This document shows, piece after piece, positions 46,025 through 57,269 of a stretch of 64,000 bases of DNA. The notes under the pieces are model-generated. The model worked only from the letters and a program-made list of their open reading frames with translations. It searched no databases and had not been told where the DNA came from. The translations under genes and the position numbers were made by a program. Numbering within the stretch: position 1 is the stretch's first letter; each line of letters begins with the position of its first letter. The stretch comes from Candidatus Limnocylindrales bacterium (lineage in GTDB: Bacteria > Chloroflexota > Limnocylindria > Limnocylindrales > CSP1-4): positions 7,707 through 71,706 of the forward strand of contig DASTSC010000132.1 in NCBI GenBank assembly GCA_035760905.1, given 5' to 3'.

Positions 46025-46765
46025 GTGTCGGCGGCCGCCGACCTCGCCGCCCGGCTCGGTCTCGAGGTCCGCGACCCGGAGCTGCTGGCCCGCGCGCTCG
46101 TCCACAGCAGCTACCTTCACGAGCACCCCGACGCGGTCACCGGCCACAACGAGCGGCTCGAGTTCCTCGGCGACGCCGTCGTCAACCTCGCGATCTCCGA
46201 GGCCGTCTACGCCCGCCACCCGGACGACGACGAGGGGATCCTCTCGGCGCGCCGAGCGGCGATCGTGAGCACGGTGGGACTCGCCCGACTCGCGAACCGG
46301 ATCGCGCTCGGCCCGCACCTGCTCCTCGGCGAGGGCGAGGCCCAGCGCGGCGGACGCCGACGCCCGTCGCTCCTCGCGTCCGCCTTCGAGGCCGTCAGCG
46401 GCGCCGTCTACCTCGACCTCGGCTACGGCCCGACCCGCGAGTGGCTGCTCCGTCTCGCCGCGCTCGAGCTCGACGCCGACGCTCCCGCGACGACGCTCAA
46501 GAGCCCGAAGAGCCGGCTCCAGGAGTACACCCAGCGCCGGACCGGGTCGCGGCCCTCGTACCGTGTTCTCGACGCCTCCGGGCCCGATCACGAGAAGACG
46601 TTCCGGGTCGAGGTCATGGTCGACGGCGAGATCCTCGGCGCTGGACAGGGGCCATCGCGTCGGGTCGCCGAGACGGCCGCCGCGGCCGAGGCGCTCGAAC
46701 GGCTGGGCCGGGCGCGACGCGCACCGGACGAGGCGCGACGCGCACCGGACGAGGCGCGAGGGTGA
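46025..46765 (+). CDS. rnc: Ribonuclease III
   Basis: ERLEFLGDAV catalytic signature, dsRBD (KSRLQEY...YRV...GPDHEKTFRVEV); C-terminal tandem repeat RAPDEA x2. Confidence 0.9.
   Translation: MSAAADLAARLGLEVRDPELLARALVHSSYLHEHPDAVTGHNERLEFLGDAVVNLAISEAVYARHPDDDEGILSARRAAIVSTVGLARLANRIALGPHLLLGEGEAQRGGRRRPSLLASAFEAVSGAVYLDLGYGPTREWLLRLAALELDADAPATTLKSPKSRLQEYTQRRTGSRPSYRVLDASGPDHEKTFRVEVMVDGEILGAGQGPSRRVAETAAAAEALERLGRARRAPDEARRAPDEARG
46712..46753 (+). repeat. Perfect 21-nt tandem duplication (gcgcgacgcgcaccggacgag x2) at the 3' end of rnc
   Basis: Read directly; encodes RRAPDEA RRAPDEA. Confidence 0.7.
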
Positions 46766-49700
46766 CCGGCGAGCGGGCCGTCGGCGAGGTGCCTGTCGGC
46801 CCGGCCGCGGACGCCCGCCTTCGCGGTCTTCGACTCCATGGCTTCAAGTCGTTCGCCGAGCGGACCGTCCTCGAGTTCGGCCCGGGGATCAGCGTCGTCG
46901 TCGGCCCGAACGGCTCGGGCAAGAGCAACCTCGCGGACGGCCTCCGTTGGGCGCTCGGCGAGCAGGGACGGTCGCTCCGGATCCGTCGCTCCGAGGACGT
47001 CATCTGGGCCGGTTCCGAACGGCGGGCCGCGCAGGGGATGGCCGACGTCACCCTCGTCATCGACAACGCCGACCGCCTGCTGCCGGTCGACTACGGCGAG
47101 ATCGAGCTCGGCCGCCGGCTCTATCGCTCGGGCGAGAACGAGTACCTCCTCAACCGGCAGCGGGTCCGGCTGCGGGACCTCGTCGACCTCCTCGACGCTG
47201 CCCATCTCGCCGACAACGCCTTCCTGTTCATCGGCCAGGGGATGGTCGACCAGGCGCTCGCCCTGCGGCCCGAGGAGCGGCGGCCCCTGTTCGAGGAGGT
47301 TGCCGGCGTCCGCCGACACGAGCGGCGCCGGCGGCGGGCCGAGGAGCAGCTCGCCGAATCCGAGGTGAACCTCGCCCGGGTCGACGACATCATCGCCGAG
47401 CTTCGGCCGCAGGCCCGTCGGCTGGCGACGCAGGCCGAGCAGCAGGCGACCCGTGAGACGGCCGGCGAGGAGCTGGCCCGCGCAGTGGTGCTCCACGCCC
47501 ACGCGCGGTGGCACGAGGCCGCGGCCCGCGCCCGGACGACGGCGGATCGACGCGCCGCCGCCGAGCGCTCGGCGGCGGACGCCGTGCGGCGGCTCGAGGC
47601 GGCCGAGGAGGCGGCCGCGGCGATCGCCGTCGAGCTCGATGCCGGGGCGAGCGGGTCGTCCGAGCGGGAGGCGGCCCACGATGCCGCTCGCGCCGCGCTC
47701 GAGGCGGCGCGGCTCCAGGATGCGCGTCTCTCCGCCGAGGGGGCGGCGCTCGAGCGGGATCGCGAACGGCTGGCGGCCGAACGTGATGCCGCCCTGGCTG
47801 CCGCCCTGGCGGAGCGACGGGCGCTCGCCCTGCCCGTCCCGGAGCGCGATCTCGAGGCCGAGGCCTCGCTCGCCGAGGCGGACCGAGGGCTCGCCGAGGC
47901 GCTCGCCGAGCTCGGGGCCCTCCGGGCAGCGGCCCGCGCAGGCGACGAGCAGCGGGCCGCGGTTCGTCGCGCCGCAGCGGCCCGGGCCGTCGAGATCGAG
48001 ACTGCGCGGCGGCGCGTGGCCGATGCCGAGCGGCGAGCCGCCGAGGAGGCCGGCGCCGCGGCGGCCGCCGAAGCGCGTCGCTCCGAGCTCGAGTCGGAGG
48101 CGGCCCGGGCACGAGCGGCGGCGGATGCCGCGCTCGCGGCCGAGGCGGCGGCGATCGCCGACCGGGAAGCCCGGCGAGCCGCGGCCGCGCTGGCGGACGC
48201 GGTGGTCGCCGAGGCGACGAGTGCCGCGGCCGGTGATCGCGAGCGCGCGGCCTCGGTCGCCGCGCGGCTCGAGGCCCTGACCGCGCGGATCGCGGAGGAG
48301 GAGGCCCGCGGCATCGCTCGCGCCGCCCGCCGGGTCGGCGGTCGGCGAGTCGACGAGGAGCTCGTCGTCGAGAGCGGGCTCCGGGCAGCGGTCGAGCGTG
48401 TTCTCGGCGAGCGGGCGCGCGGCTACGTCGTGTCGCGCGACGCGGTCGCCCAGGTCGCCACCGAGCGAGGCCAGCTGGTCGTCGCCGACGCGCTGGCGCC
48501 GGCACGGACTGCCGCGGGCGACGAGGCGGACCGGCGCGGCGCGGCCGTCCGGGACCGTGCGCGGGAGCTCGGGGGCGGCGACCTGTCGGCGGCCATTCGA
48601 CGTGATCCGCTCGGGGCGGGGCTCGCGCTCGTGGCGCGCGCGGTCTGGGTGCCGGACCTCGACGCCGCCCTGCGGCTCCAGCCGAGCCTGCCGCCCGGCT
48701 GGCTCGCCGTGACGCGCGACGGGACGGCGCTCGTCGACGGCGTGTCGGTCGCGGTCGGCGCGGCCGACGATCTCCTCGAACGACGGGCCGAGGCGGGCCG
48801 GCTCGAGGCCGCGCTCGGCGAGCTCCGGGCGCACGTCGCGGATCGGGAGCGTGCCCTCGCCGACGCCGCGGCCCGGGCGACCGACGCCCAACGCGCCCTC
48901 GCGGAGGCGTCAGCTCGGGCGGCCCACGCGAGCGAGGCCCGTCGCGCTGCCGAGGACGCGGTCCGTCTCGCCGAGCGAAACCTCGAGGCGTCGGTCCGGG
49001 AGGCGTCCTGGCATGCCGCCCAGGCCGAGCGGCTCACCGCGGAGGCGGAGCGCGCCCGCGCCGGCCTCGTCGACCTCGATTCCGGTCGTGCCTCCGACGC
49101 GGACGTGCCCGGCTCCCCCGACGCGCCGACCGGCGCCGCCGACACGGATGGGCTCCGGGCGTGGGAGGAACGCGCCGCGGCGCTGCGCGAACGCCGCGAC
49201 CGGATCGCCGCGCGCGTCGCCGAGCACGAGGCGACTCGACGCGCGGCGGAGGCGGCGAAGGCACGGGCCGAGACGACCGCCGGGATCGCGACGGCTCGCG
49301 CCCAGTCCGCCGACAGCCAGCTCGTCGAGCTCGATGCGCGCGGCCGCACGCTCACCGACGAGGCGGGCCGCATGACCCGCGAGCTGGCCGTGGCCGAGGC
49401 CGCGGTCGCGGCGGCGCGCGCTGCCGTGGATGAGCAGCGGGCCGCGGACGCGGATGCCCGCGACCGACTCCGCTCGGCCGAGGCGGCGGTCCACCGTCAG
49501 CGAGAGGCTGTTCGGGCGGCCGACGAGGCCCTGCGCGGCGCCGACGTCGCCGACCTCGAGGCGCGGCTCGGGCTCGAGTCGCTCCGGGAGGCCGTCCTCG
49601 TCGACCTCGCGGCGCTCGGCGAGATCGGGCTCCGCGCCCTCGGGCTCGAACCGGGCGACGACCGCGGGGAGGGTCGAGCGGGCATCGACGGCGGAGGCGA

Positions 49701-50505
49701 CGGCGTCGAGGGCGAAGGCGACCTCGGGGACGGCGAGCGCAAGGCGCTCGAAGCGGCCGTCGCGGCCGCCGCGGCGGGCTGGGCCGAGACGTCGCCTGCG
49801 ACCGATCCACCATCCGATGCGCGCCTGACGACGCTCCGTCGGCGCTACCACGAGCTCGGCGCCGGGAACCCGTTCGCGGCCGAGGAATACGCCGAGGTGC
49901 GCGAGCGCCTCGTCGCCCTCGAGGGCCAGGCACGGGATCTCCGTGAGGCGATCGGCCGCACGCGCCGGCTCATCGAGGAGCTCGAGACGATGATCGCCGG
50001 CCAGTTCGCGGCCACGTTCCGCGCCCTCGAGACGACATTCGACGCGCGCTTCCGTCACCTGTTCGGGGGCGGCTTCGCGAAGCTGAGCCTCACCGACCCG
50101 GACGACCTCGGCTCGACGGGGGTCGAGATCGTTGCCCGCCCGCCCGGCAAGAAGCCGCAGGCGCTGGCGATGCTGTCGGGCGGCGAGCGCGCGCTCACGG
50201 CCGTCGCACTCCTGTTCGCGATGCTCGAAGTCCGGCCCGTCCCGTTCTGTGTCCTCGACGAGGTCGACGCGGCGCTCGACGAGGCGAACGTCGGTCGGTT
50301 CACCGAGGCGCTTCGGGGCCTCGCCGGACGGATCCAGTTCGTGGTGATCACCCACAACCGGGGTACGATCGAGGCCGCCGACGCGCTCTACGGCGTGACC
50401 GTCGGCGACGATTCGGTGAGCCGCGTCATCAGCCTCAGGTTGGAGGAGGCCCGCGAGATCGCCGCCCGGAGGCGGGCGCAGCAGCCGGTGGCAGTCGGCG
50501 CCTGA
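46762..50505 (+). CDS. smc: Chromosome condensation/segregation protein SMC
   Basis: N-terminal Walker A ([16 protein letters not shown]), long Ala/Glu/Arg coiled coils, hinge (GYVVSRDAV...), C-terminal signature [16 protein letters not shown] and Walker [13 protein letters not shown]; GTG overlaps rnc TGA. Confidence 0.9.
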   Translation: MTGERAVGEVPVGPAADARLRGLRLHGFKSFAERTVLEFGPGISVVVGPNGSGKSNLADGLRWALGEQGRSLRIRRSEDVIWAGSERRAAQGMADVTLVIDNADRLLPVDYGEIELGRRLYRSGENEYLLNRQRVRLRDLVDLLDAAHLADNAFLFIGQGMVDQALALRPEERRPLFEEVAGVRRHERRRRRAEEQLAESEVNLARVDDIIAELRPQARRLATQAEQQATRETAGEELARAVVLHAHARWHEAAARARTTADRRAAAERSAADAVRRLEAAEEAAAAIAVELDAGASGSSEREAAHDAARAALEAARLQDARLSAEGAALERDRERLAAERDAALAAALAERRALALPVPERDLEAEASLAEADRGLAEALAELGALRAAARAGDEQRAAVRRAAAARAVEIETARRRVADAERRAAEEAGAAAAAEARRSELESEAARARAAADAALAAEAAAIADREARRAAAALADAVVAEATSAAAGDRERAASVAARLEALTARIAEEEARGIARAARRVGGRRVDEELVVESGLRAAVERVLGERARGYVVSRDAVAQVATERGQLVVADALAPARTAAGDEADRRGAAVRDRARELGGGDLSAAIRRDPLGAGLALVARAVWVPDLDAALRLQPSLPPGWLAVTRDGTALVDGVSVAVGAADDLLERRAEAGRLEAALGELRAHVADRERALADAAARATDAQRALAEASARAAHASEARRAAEDAVRLAERNLEASVREASWHAAQAERLTAEAERARAGLVDLDSGRASDADVPGSPDAPTGAADTDGLRAWEERAAALRERRDRIAARVAEHEATRRAAEAAKARAETTAGIATARAQSADSQLVELDARGRTLTDEAGRMTRELAVAEAAVAAARAAVDEQRAADADARDRLRSAEAAVHRQREAVRAADEALRGADVADLEARLGLESLREAVLVDLAALGEIGLRALGLEPGDDRGEGRAGIDGGGDGVEGEGDLGDGERKALEAAVAAAAAGWAETSPATDPPSDARLTTLRRRYHELGAGNPFAAEEYAEVRERLVALEGQARDLREAIGRTRRLIEELETMIAGQFAATFRALETTFDARFRHLFGGGFAKLSLTDPDDLGSTGVEIVARPPGKKPQALAMLSGGERALTAVALLFAMLEVRPVPFCVLDEVDAALDEANVGRFTEALRGLAGRIQFVVITHNRGTIEAADALYGVTVGDDSVSRVISLRLEEAREIAARRRAQQPVAVGA

Positions 50506-51539
50506 TGCGCTTCCTCCGACGCCACGAGCCCGAGCCGGACGTCGAGCCCGAGCCGTTCGCCGAGCCCGAGCCGTTCGCCGAGCCCGAGCGGGACGCCGAG
50601 CCCGAGCCGGACGCCGAGGCGCCCGCGGAGGCCGATGCGGCGACGGACGCCGACGATCGCCTCGAAGCCGGGCTCGAGCGCTCGCGCGTTGGGTTCATGG
50701 CCCGCCTCCGCGGCTTCTTCGCCGGCCCGGACGGTCCCGACTGGGACGACGTCGAGGAGACGCTCATCGCCGGCGACGTCGGCCCCGCCCTGGCGCTGGA
50801 CGTCGTCGAGGCCGCGCGACAGGCGCGCGACCCGGCGGGAGCCGAGCATGCCGTCCGCGCCGAGCTCGCGCGCCGTCTCGTTCCGCGCGACCCTGGATGG
50901 CGCCTCGGCGGTGCCCGAAGCGACGATCGACCCGCGGTCGTCCTCGTCGTCGGGGTCAACGGAACGGGCAAGACGACGACGATCGGCAAGCTCGCCGCCC
51001 GCGAGCGTGCGGAGGGGAACCGCGTCCTGCTCGCGGCCGCGGACACGTTCCGGGCGGCCGCGATCGAGCAGCTCCAGGCGTGGGCCGAGCGAGTCGGCGT
51101 CGACGTCGTCGCCCACCATCCCGACGCCGACCCGGGCGCGGTCGTCTACGACGCGCTCGACGCCGCAGTCGCCCGACGGGCCGGCATCGTCATCGTCGAC
51201 ACCGCCGGACGCCTCCACACGAAGACGAACCTCATGGACGAGCTCGCGAAGATCCGCCGAATCGTCGACAAGCGCCTGCCCGGGGCGGAGCCCGAGACGC
51301 TGTTCGTCCTCGACGGGACGACCGGCCAGAACGGGCTCGGCCAGGCGAAGGCGTTCCACGACTCGGTCGGCCTGACCGGGATCGTCCTCACGAAGCTCGA
51401 TTCGACCGCCAAGGGCGGGATCGTCTTCGCGATCGAGGACCAGCTGGGGGTGCCGGTCCGGTTCGTCGGTGTCGGCGAGGGGATCGACGACCTCCTGGCC
51501 TTCGATCCCGAGGCCTTCGTCGCCGCCCTGTTCGAGTAG
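50505..51539 (+). CDS. ftsY: Signal recognition particle receptor FtsY with acidic EPEP-repeat N-terminus
   Basis: NG domain [28 protein letters not shown] motifs; ATG overlaps smc TGA. Confidence 0.9.
   Translation: MRFLRRHEPEPDVEPEPFAEPEPFAEPERDAEPEPDAEAPAEADAATDADDRLEAGLERSRVGFMARLRGFFAGPDGPDWDDVEETLIAGDVGPALALDVVEAARQARDPAGAEHAVRAELARRLVPRDPGWRLGGARSDDRPAVVLVVGVNGTGKTTTIGKLAARERAEGNRVLLAAADTFRAAAIEQLQAWAERVGVDVVAHHPDADPGAVVYDALDAAVARRAGIVIVDTAGRLHTKTNLMDELAKIRRIVDKRLPGAEPETLFVLDGTTGQNGLGQAKAFHDSVGLTGIVLTKLDSTAKGGIVFAIEDQLGVPVRFVGVGEGIDDLLAFDPEAFVAALFE
50521..50610 (+). repeat. Degenerate tandem gagcccgagccg(ttc/gac)gcc repeats encoding EPEP(F/D)A at ftsY 5' end
   Basis: Direct repeats read in sequence. 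Confidence 0.55.
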
Positions 51540-51604
51540 CTGGGCCGGCCGTGGTCCGGCGCGCCGCGAGGTCCGAGGCGAGCCGCTCCCGCCCGATCGT
51601 GGGG

Positions 51605-51610
51605 TAGACT
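51605..51610 (+). promoter_or_regulatory. TAGACT -10-like hexamer upstream of ffh
   Basis: gtggggTAGACTgcg about 90 nt upstream of ffh ATG; same hexamer recurs upstream of tRNA-Val (5227), the MFS gene (6888), lemA (8321) and rnhB (57213). Confidence 0.25.
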
Positions 51611-51700
51611 GCGCCAGCCCCGTGCGTCAGAACCCGCGCACGCGGCCGAATGGTCGTCCGACCGCTCGCTCGTTCGATCCTCCGGAGCCGCCGACCCCTC

Positions 51701-53035
51701 ATGTTCGACACCCTGAGCGAGCGCCTGCGGCGCACGCTCGACAGCCTCACCGGCCGGGGCCGCGTCTCGGAGGCCGACGTCGACGTCGCGATGCGCGAGG
51801 TCCGGCTCGCGCTGCTCGAGGCCGACGTGAACTTCCGGGTCGTCAAGGACTTCGTCGCCCGCGTCCGGGAGCGAGCCGTGGGCGCCGAGGTGATCGGCAG
51901 CCTGACCGCCGGACAGCAGGTCGTGAAGATCGTCCACGACGAGCTCGTGGCGCTGCTCTCGCAGGGCGACCGGACCTTCCACCTCTCGGGCAACCCCGCG
52001 ATCCTGCTGCTCGCCGGGCTCAACGGCGCGGGCAAGACGACGACCGCGGCGAAGCTGGCCCGCCAGGTGATCCGACAGGGCCGGCGGCCCCTGCTCGTCG
52101 CCGCCGACCCGTACCGGCCGGCGGCCGCCGACCAGCTCGAGGCCCTCGGCCGGCAGCTGAGCGTCCCGGTCCACCGGCCCACGGCGGGGACGCCGGTCGT
52201 CGAGATCGTCCGCGACGGCGTCGCGGAGGCGAAGCGCCAGGTCCGGGACACGGTAATCGTCGACACGGCGGGCCGCCAGACCCTCGACGAGGCGCTCATG
52301 GCCGAGATCGCCGACGTCGCCCGGGCGGTCGAGCCGACGGAGGCGCTCCTCGTCGTCGACGCGATGACCGGCCAGGAGGCGGTCGCGGTCGCCGAGGCCT
52401 TCGCGGCGGTCGTGCCGCTCACCGGCCTCGTCCTCACGAAGATCGACGGCGACGCCCGCGGCGGTGCGGCCCTCTCGATCGGCGCCGTGACCGGGCTGCC
52501 CGTCAAGTTCCTCGGCACGGCGGAGAAGCTCGACGGCCTCGAGCCGTTCCACCCGGATCGGCTCGCCGGCCGGATCCTCGGCATGGGTGACGTCCTGACG
52601 CTCGTCGAGCGGGCCCAGGAGGTCGTCGACGCGCAGCAGGCGGCGAAGCTCGAGGAGAAGCTCCGCAAGGCGAGCTTCACCCTCGAGGACATGCTCGAGC
52701 AGCTCCAGCAGGTCCAGCGGATGGGCCCGATCGGACAGGTCGTGTCGATGATCCCGGGCATGGGCGGGCTCGCCCGGCAGGCCCAGGACGCGGCCGACAA
52801 GGGCGAGCTCGGCCGGGTCGAAGCGATCATCCGCTCGATGACGCCGCGCGAACGGCGCGAGCCAGGGGTGATCAACGGCTCGCGGCGACGCCGGATCGCG
52901 GCCGGCTCCGGTACGTCGTTGCCCGACGTCAACCGGCTCATCAAGCAGTTCGGCGAGATGCAGAAGCTGATGAAACAGCTGAGCGGCGGTGGCCGTCGCA
53001 CGGCCGCCATGCGAACGATGATCGGGCGCGGCTAG
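51701..53035 (+). CDS. ffh: Signal recognition particle protein Ffh
   Basis: N domain, G domain (LAGLNGAGKTTTAAKLA, DTAGR, LTKIDGDARGG), Met-rich M domain; ATG 51701 (MFDTLSERL) preferred over upstream in-frame ATG 51650. Confidence 0.9.
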   Translation: MFDTLSERLRRTLDSLTGRGRVSEADVDVAMREVRLALLEADVNFRVVKDFVARVRERAVGAEVIGSLTAGQQVVKIVHDELVALLSQGDRTFHLSGNPAILLLAGLNGAGKTTTAAKLARQVIRQGRRPLLVAADPYRPAAADQLEALGRQLSVPVHRPTAGTPVVEIVRDGVAEAKRQVRDTVIVDTAGRQTLDEALMAEIADVARAVEPTEALLVVDAMTGQEAVAVAEAFAAVVPLTGLVLTKIDGDARGGAALSIGAVTGLPVKFLGTAEKLDGLEPFHPDRLAGRILGMGDVLTLVERAQEVVDAQQAAKLEEKLRKASFTLEDMLEQLQQVQRMGPIGQVVSMIPGMGGLARQAQDAADKGELGRVEAIIRSMTPRERREPGVINGSRRRRIAAGSGTSLPDVNRLIKQFGEMQKLMKQLSGGGRRTAAMRTMIGRG

Positions 53036-53049
53036 GAAGGGGTGGACCG

Positions 53050-54753
53050 ATGACCGAACCCACGATCGAGGAGCTCGAGCCGACGTCGACCCCGCCGGGC
53101 TCCTCGCCGGCGACCGTCTCACGGCCGGCCGGACGTTTCGGCATCCGCTGGGCGATCGCGCTCGTCGTCGTGGCGCTCGTCGCCTCCGCGTCGGTCGCCG
53201 GCGCCTGGTTCCTGGCCGGCCAGTCGGGTGCCGCGACGCTCGCCGGCTGGATGCCGGCCGACACGGTGGCCTACGCCGAGGTCCGGCTCGATCTGCCTGG
53301 CGACCAGCGCCAGCAGCTCGGCAACTTCCTCGCCCACTTCCCGGGCTTCGCCGACCAGTCGATCCTCGACGACAAGCTCGCCGAGACGTGGGACCGACTC
53401 CTCCGCGAGGCGACGGACGGCAAGCACGACTTCAGCTCCGAGATCCGACCGTGGTTCGGTGGCGAGATCGCCGGCGGCGTGGCGAGCCTCCCCGAGCCGT
53501 CGGCGGGCGGCCAGGTGCCGCACGACGCGAGCGGCCTCGTGGCCGTCGCCTCGAAGGACGATGCCGCGGCGCTCGCGTGGCTGAAGAAGGTCTCGACCGA
53601 GAAGTCCGGTTCGGTCCGGACGGAGTCGTATGCCGGCGGCGACCTGCTCGTCGACGACCACGGGGCCGCGGCGGTCCGCGACGGCGCGCTCCTCCTCGGC
53701 GACGTGACCTCGGTGAAGTCCGCGATCGATCGCGGCCCGTCGGGCGGCCTGCCGGCCGTGGACCGCTTCAGGGCCGCGGTCGCGAACGTCGACGACAGCC
53801 GGCTCGGGCTCGTCTACGTCGACCTGCGCCGCTACGTCGACTGGGCGCTCGCGCTCGTGAAGTCGGCCGCCCCGACGGTCCCGCCCGCGCTCGTCGAGGA
53901 CGTCCCCGACTGGTTCGCCGGGTCGCTCCGGGCGGACGGCGACGCGCTGACGATCCGCGCGGCAATGCCGCACACGGCCGCTGCCGCGGCCTCGTCGAAC
54001 GCCGCGTCGACGCTCAGCTCGCGCATTCCCGCCTCGGCACTGGCGGTCATCGACCAGAACGATCTCGGCGCCTCGCTCCGGAAGGCAATCGACACGGCCC
54101 GGACGAGCGCCGGAAGCGCCGGCGCCGACACCTTCGCCCAGCTCGACCAGGCCGTGGGCCTGCTCGGCGGCTGGGATGGCGCGCTGGGATGGGTCGGCGA
54201 GACCGCGTTCGTCGTCGATCACGACGGGTCGACGCCGACCGGCGGCGTCCTCATCGCCCCGAAGGACCAGGCCGCGGCCAGCCGCCTCGCCTCGCAGGTC
54301 CGTGGCTTCATCGGCCTGGCCGGCGCGTCGGCCGGGATCACGAGCCGCGACGAGCAGCACGCGGGCACGACGGTCACGATCATCGGCCTGCCGCAGGCGG
54401 CCGGGTCGCCCCTGCCCGAGGTCGCGTTCGCGCTGACCGACGGGCTCGCCGCCATCGGGCCGACCGCCTGGGTCGAGCGCGTCCTCGACACCGACCAGGC
54501 GTCCTCGCTCGCCGCCGACGCCCGCTTCTCGGCCGCCCTGGGTCGCGTCGACGCAAACCACGTCGGCCTCGCCTATGCCAACCTTGCCGGGATCCGCGAG
54601 CTCGTCGAGTCGGCTGCCCCGGCCTCCGCCGACGAGCGAGCCCTCTACGACCGCGAGGTCAAGCCCTACCTCCTGCCGTTCGACACCGTCATCAGCACGT
54701 CCACCGTGGCCGGTGACGTCGATCGCGTTCACTCCGTCGTTATCGTCAAGTAG
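53050..54753 (+). CDS. DUF3352-like membrane-anchored hypothetical protein
   Basis: N-terminal TM helix (IALVVVALVASASVAGAWFLA) then about 500-aa Ala-rich extracytoplasmic region; sits between ffh and rpsP. Confidence 0.6.
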   Translation: MTEPTIEELEPTSTPPGSSPATVSRPAGRFGIRWAIALVVVALVASASVAGAWFLAGQSGAATLAGWMPADTVAYAEVRLDLPGDQRQQLGNFLAHFPGFADQSILDDKLAETWDRLLREATDGKHDFSSEIRPWFGGEIAGGVASLPEPSAGGQVPHDASGLVAVASKDDAAALAWLKKVSTEKSGSVRTESYAGGDLLVDDHGAAAVRDGALLLGDVTSVKSAIDRGPSGGLPAVDRFRAAVANVDDSRLGLVYVDLRRYVDWALALVKSAAPTVPPALVEDVPDWFAGSLRADGDALTIRAAMPHTAAAAASSNAASTLSSRIPASALAVIDQNDLGASLRKAIDTARTSAGSAGADTFAQLDQAVGLLGGWDGALGWVGETAFVVDHDGSTPTGGVLIAPKDQAAASRLASQVRGFIGLAGASAGITSRDEQHAGTTVTIIGLPQAAGSPLPEVAFALTDGLAAIGPTAWVERVLDTDQASSLAADARFSAALGRVDANHVGLAYANLAGIRELVESAAPASADERALYDREVKPYLLPFDTVISTSTVAGDVDRVHSVVIVK

Positions 54754-54777
54754 CCCAAGTCAAGGAGCAACCAGCCC

Positions 54778-55080
54778 ATGGCCGTTCGGATCCGTCTCAC
54801 CCGCGTCGGCGCGACGAAGCAGCCGTCGTACCGCGTCGTCGTCGCCGACTCGCGGTCGGCCCGCGACAGCCGCGCCATCGACACCCTCGGTCACTACAAC
54901 CCGCGCACCGAGCCCGCCGAGGTGTCGATCGATGCCGACAAGGCCAGGGCCTGGCTGGCGAAGGGCGCCACGCCCTCGGAGAGGGTCGTTCGCCTCTTCA
55001 AGATCGCCGGCGTGCTCGAGGCAGCGCCCGCGACCGCCGACCGGCCGGCCCGCAAGGGCGCCGCCGCATCCGAGCAGTAG
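54778..55080 (+). CDS. rpsP: 30S ribosomal protein S16
   Basis: [42 protein letters not shown]. Confidence 0.9.
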   Translation: MAVRIRLTRVGATKQPSYRVVVADSRSARDSRAIDTLGHYNPRTEPAEVSIDADKARAWLAKGATPSERVVRLFKIAGVLEAAPATADRPARKGAAASEQ

Positions 55081-55094
55081 GAGGGTCACGACCG

Positions 55095-55328
55095 ATGGCA
55101 GCACGCGAACTCGTCGAGTACGTCGCCAAGGCGCTCGTCGACGACCCGTCGGCCGTTCGCGTCGACGTCGTCGACGACGAGGGCGAGACGGTCATCGAGC
55201 TTCACGTCGCCGACGACGACATGGGCAAGGTGATCGGGCGCAACGGCAGCGTGGCCAAGGCCCTCCGGACACTGCTGAAGGTGGCCGCGGCTCGTGACGG
55301 AGAACCGGTCTCGCTCGACATCGTCTGA
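55095..55328 (+). CDS. KH-domain RNA-binding protein (YlqC family)
   Basis: 77 aa with GKVIGRNGSVAKALRTLL KH GXXG loop; conserved rpsP-KH-rimM-trmD arrangement. Confidence 0.8.
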   Translation: MAARELVEYVAKALVDDPSAVRVDVVDDEGETVIELHVADDDMGKVIGRNGSVAKALRTLLKVAAARDGEPVSLDIV

Positions 55329-55348
55329 GGTCGGGCAGCCTCTGCCGA

Positions 55349-56038
55349 ATGGCCACCGCCGAGCGATCCTCGCGCCGAGGGCTGGCACTGCCTGGACCTC
55401 GGGGATCGGGGGGCGAGTACCGTAATCACGTGGAGGGTCCGAGGCGCCGCGTCGTCGGCCTCGTCCGCGGGGTCCACGGGCTCCGCGGCGCCGTCCGCGT
55501 CGAGGTCCTGACCGATGCCCCCGAGCGGCGGTTCGCGACGGGCGCCAGCCTCTATGCCGAGGGGAGCGCGGAGCCGCTGACGGTCGAGTCGTCCGAGCCC
55601 GTGCCCGATGGGCCGGGCTGGCGCCTGCGCTTCCACCAGCTGCCGAGCCGGACCGACGCGGAACAGCTCCGCGGCGTCTACCTCGAGGCCGACGTCGACG
55701 AGCCCATCCCCGCCGACCGCGCGGATTCGGGCGGGCCGCGGGTGTTCTGGGACGAGGTGATCGGCGTTGCCGTCCGCTCGCCGACCGGCGAGGAGCTCGG
55801 CACGGTCAGGGACGTCTATCGCGCCGGCGAGGCCGAGGTCTACGTCGTCGAGGGCGGGGACCGGGGTTCGTTCGATCTGCCCGTCGTGCGCGACTTCGTC
55901 CTCGAGTTCGCCCCGCGCGAGGGCCGGCTCGTCGTCGATCCCGCCGCGCTCGAGCTGCCGGAGCCGGGCCGGCGACGACGGCCGCGGGGCCGGCGGACGG
56001 TTCGCGCCGCCCGCGCCGCCGAGGGTGGAGCCGACTGA
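55349..56038 (+). CDS. rimM: Ribosome maturation factor RimM (alternative GTG start at 55430)
   Basis: [19 protein letters not shown]-terminal barrel, C-terminal PRC barrel; position between KH gene and trmD. Confidence 0.75.
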   Translation: MATAERSSRRGLALPGPRGSGGEYRNHVEGPRRRVVGLVRGVHGLRGAVRVEVLTDAPERRFATGASLYAEGSAEPLTVESSEPVPDGPGWRLRFHQLPSRTDAEQLRGVYLEADVDEPIPADRADSGGPRVFWDEVIGVAVRSPTGEELGTVRDVYRAGEAEVYVVEGGDRGSFDLPVVRDFVLEFAPREGRLVVDPAALELPEPGRRRRPRGRRTVRAARAAEGGAD

Positions 56039-56724
56039 TGGCGATCGAGATCGACATCGTCACGCTCTTTCCGGAGATGGTCGAGTCGCCGCTCCGGGCG
56101 AGCATTCCGGGCCGGATCGTCGAGCAGGGCCTGGCCGCCGTCCGGGTCCACGACCTGCGTCGCTGGGGCCTCGGCCGGCACCGGACGGTCGATGACGCCC
56201 CGTACGGCGGGGGCGCGGGCATGGTCCTGAGGCCGGAGCCCGTGGCGGCCGCGCTCGACGAGCTCCGCCGGCCCGATTCGACCGTCATCCTGACCGATCC
56301 GTCGGGCGAGGTCTTCCGCCAGTCACGGGCGCACGACCTCGCGCGACGGTCGCACCTCGTCATCGTCTGCCCCCGGTACGAGGGTGTCGACGAGCGGGTT
56401 CGCTCGCTCGTCGACCTCGAGATCTCGATCGGGGACTACGTCCTGTCCGGGGGCGAGCTTCCCGCGCTCGTCGTCGTCGACGCCGTCCTGCGGCTGCTGC
56501 CGGGCGCGATCGACGCCGCTTCGACGGTGGAGGAGTCGTTCGCGGACGGCCTGCTCGAGTACCCGCAGTACACCCGGCCGGCGACGTTTCGCGGCCTGAT
56601 CGTGCCCGAGATCCTCCTGAGCGGCAATCACGGCGAGGTCGCCCGCTGGCGGAGCGAGGAGGCGCTCCGACGGACCCGCGAGCGGCGCCCGGACCTGCTC
56701 AAGAGCGACGCCTCCGGGGACTGA
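56038..56724 (+). CDS. trmD: tRNA (guanine37-N1)-methyltransferase
   Basis: SPOUT knot motifs ([39 protein letters not shown]). Confidence 0.9.
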   Translation: MAIEIDIVTLFPEMVESPLRASIPGRIVEQGLAAVRVHDLRRWGLGRHRTVDDAPYGGGAGMVLRPEPVAAALDELRRPDSTVILTDPSGEVFRQSRAHDLARRSHLVIVCPRYEGVDERVRSLVDLEISIGDYVLSGGELPALVVVDAVLRLLPGAIDAASTVEESFADGLLEYPQYTRPATFRGLIVPEILLSGNHGEVARWRSEEALRRTRERRPDLLKSDASGD

Positions 56725-56734
56725 ACCCGGCGTT

Positions 56735-56743
56735 TGCTATACT
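56735..56743 (+). promoter_or_regulatory. Extended -10-like TGCTATACT upstream of rplS
   Basis: Read directly; about 90 nt upstream of rplS GTG; rpsB has the near-identical TGCTATCCT. Confidence 0.3.
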
Positions 56744-56832
56744 CCGCCGCCGGCCGGGATCCCGGCCTCCCCGATGCACCCGGCCGACCTCGCGCGCCCG
56801 CGATCCGCCTGTTTCAGAAGGAAGTCCCGACC

Positions 56833-57183
56833 GTGAACGTCCTCGACGAGATCGTCTCCGACCAGCTGCGCACGGACCTGCCCGAGATCGCATCCGGCGA
56901 CACCGTGCGGGTCGCGGCCAAGGTCGTCGAGGGCAACCGGGAGCGGATCCAGGTCTTCGAGGGCATCGTGATGCGCCTCCGCGGCGGCGGGATCAACCGT
57001 TCGATCACCGTCCGCCGGATCGCGTCGGGGGTCGGCGTCGAGCGCACGTTCAAGATCCACAGCCCGCGCATCGACAGGATCGAGGTCGTCCGCCACGGCC
57101 AGGTCCGCCGAGCCCAGCTCTACTTCCTCCGCAAGCGCGTCGGCAAGGCCGCGACCCTCAGGGAGCGGCGCCAGACCTCGTAG
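56833..57183 (+). CDS. rplS: 50S ribosomal protein L19 (GTG start)
   Basis: VNVLDEI...GDTVRV...[21 protein letters not shown]; RBS AGAAGGAAG upstream. Confidence 0.9.
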   Translation: MNVLDEIVSDQLRTDLPEIASGDTVRVAAKVVEGNRERIQVFEGIVMRLRGGGINRSITVRRIASGVGVERTFKIHSPRIDRIEVVRHGQVRRAQLYFLRKRVGKAATLRERRQTS

Positions 57184-57269
57184 GCTGGCCGCCCGCCGGG
57201 CGCCGGTCGGGCCTAGACTCTGGCCGTGACCGCGCGACCCTTCGGCCCCGACTCCCGCCGACGGACCTG

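Noticed and set aside
46588-48891. 767-aa minus-strand ORF (and several nested ones) antisense to smc
   Set aside because: The Ala/Glu/Arg coiled-coil codons of smc read as Ala/Arg/Ser-rich open frames on both strands; only the plus frame has Walker A/B and the SMC signature motif
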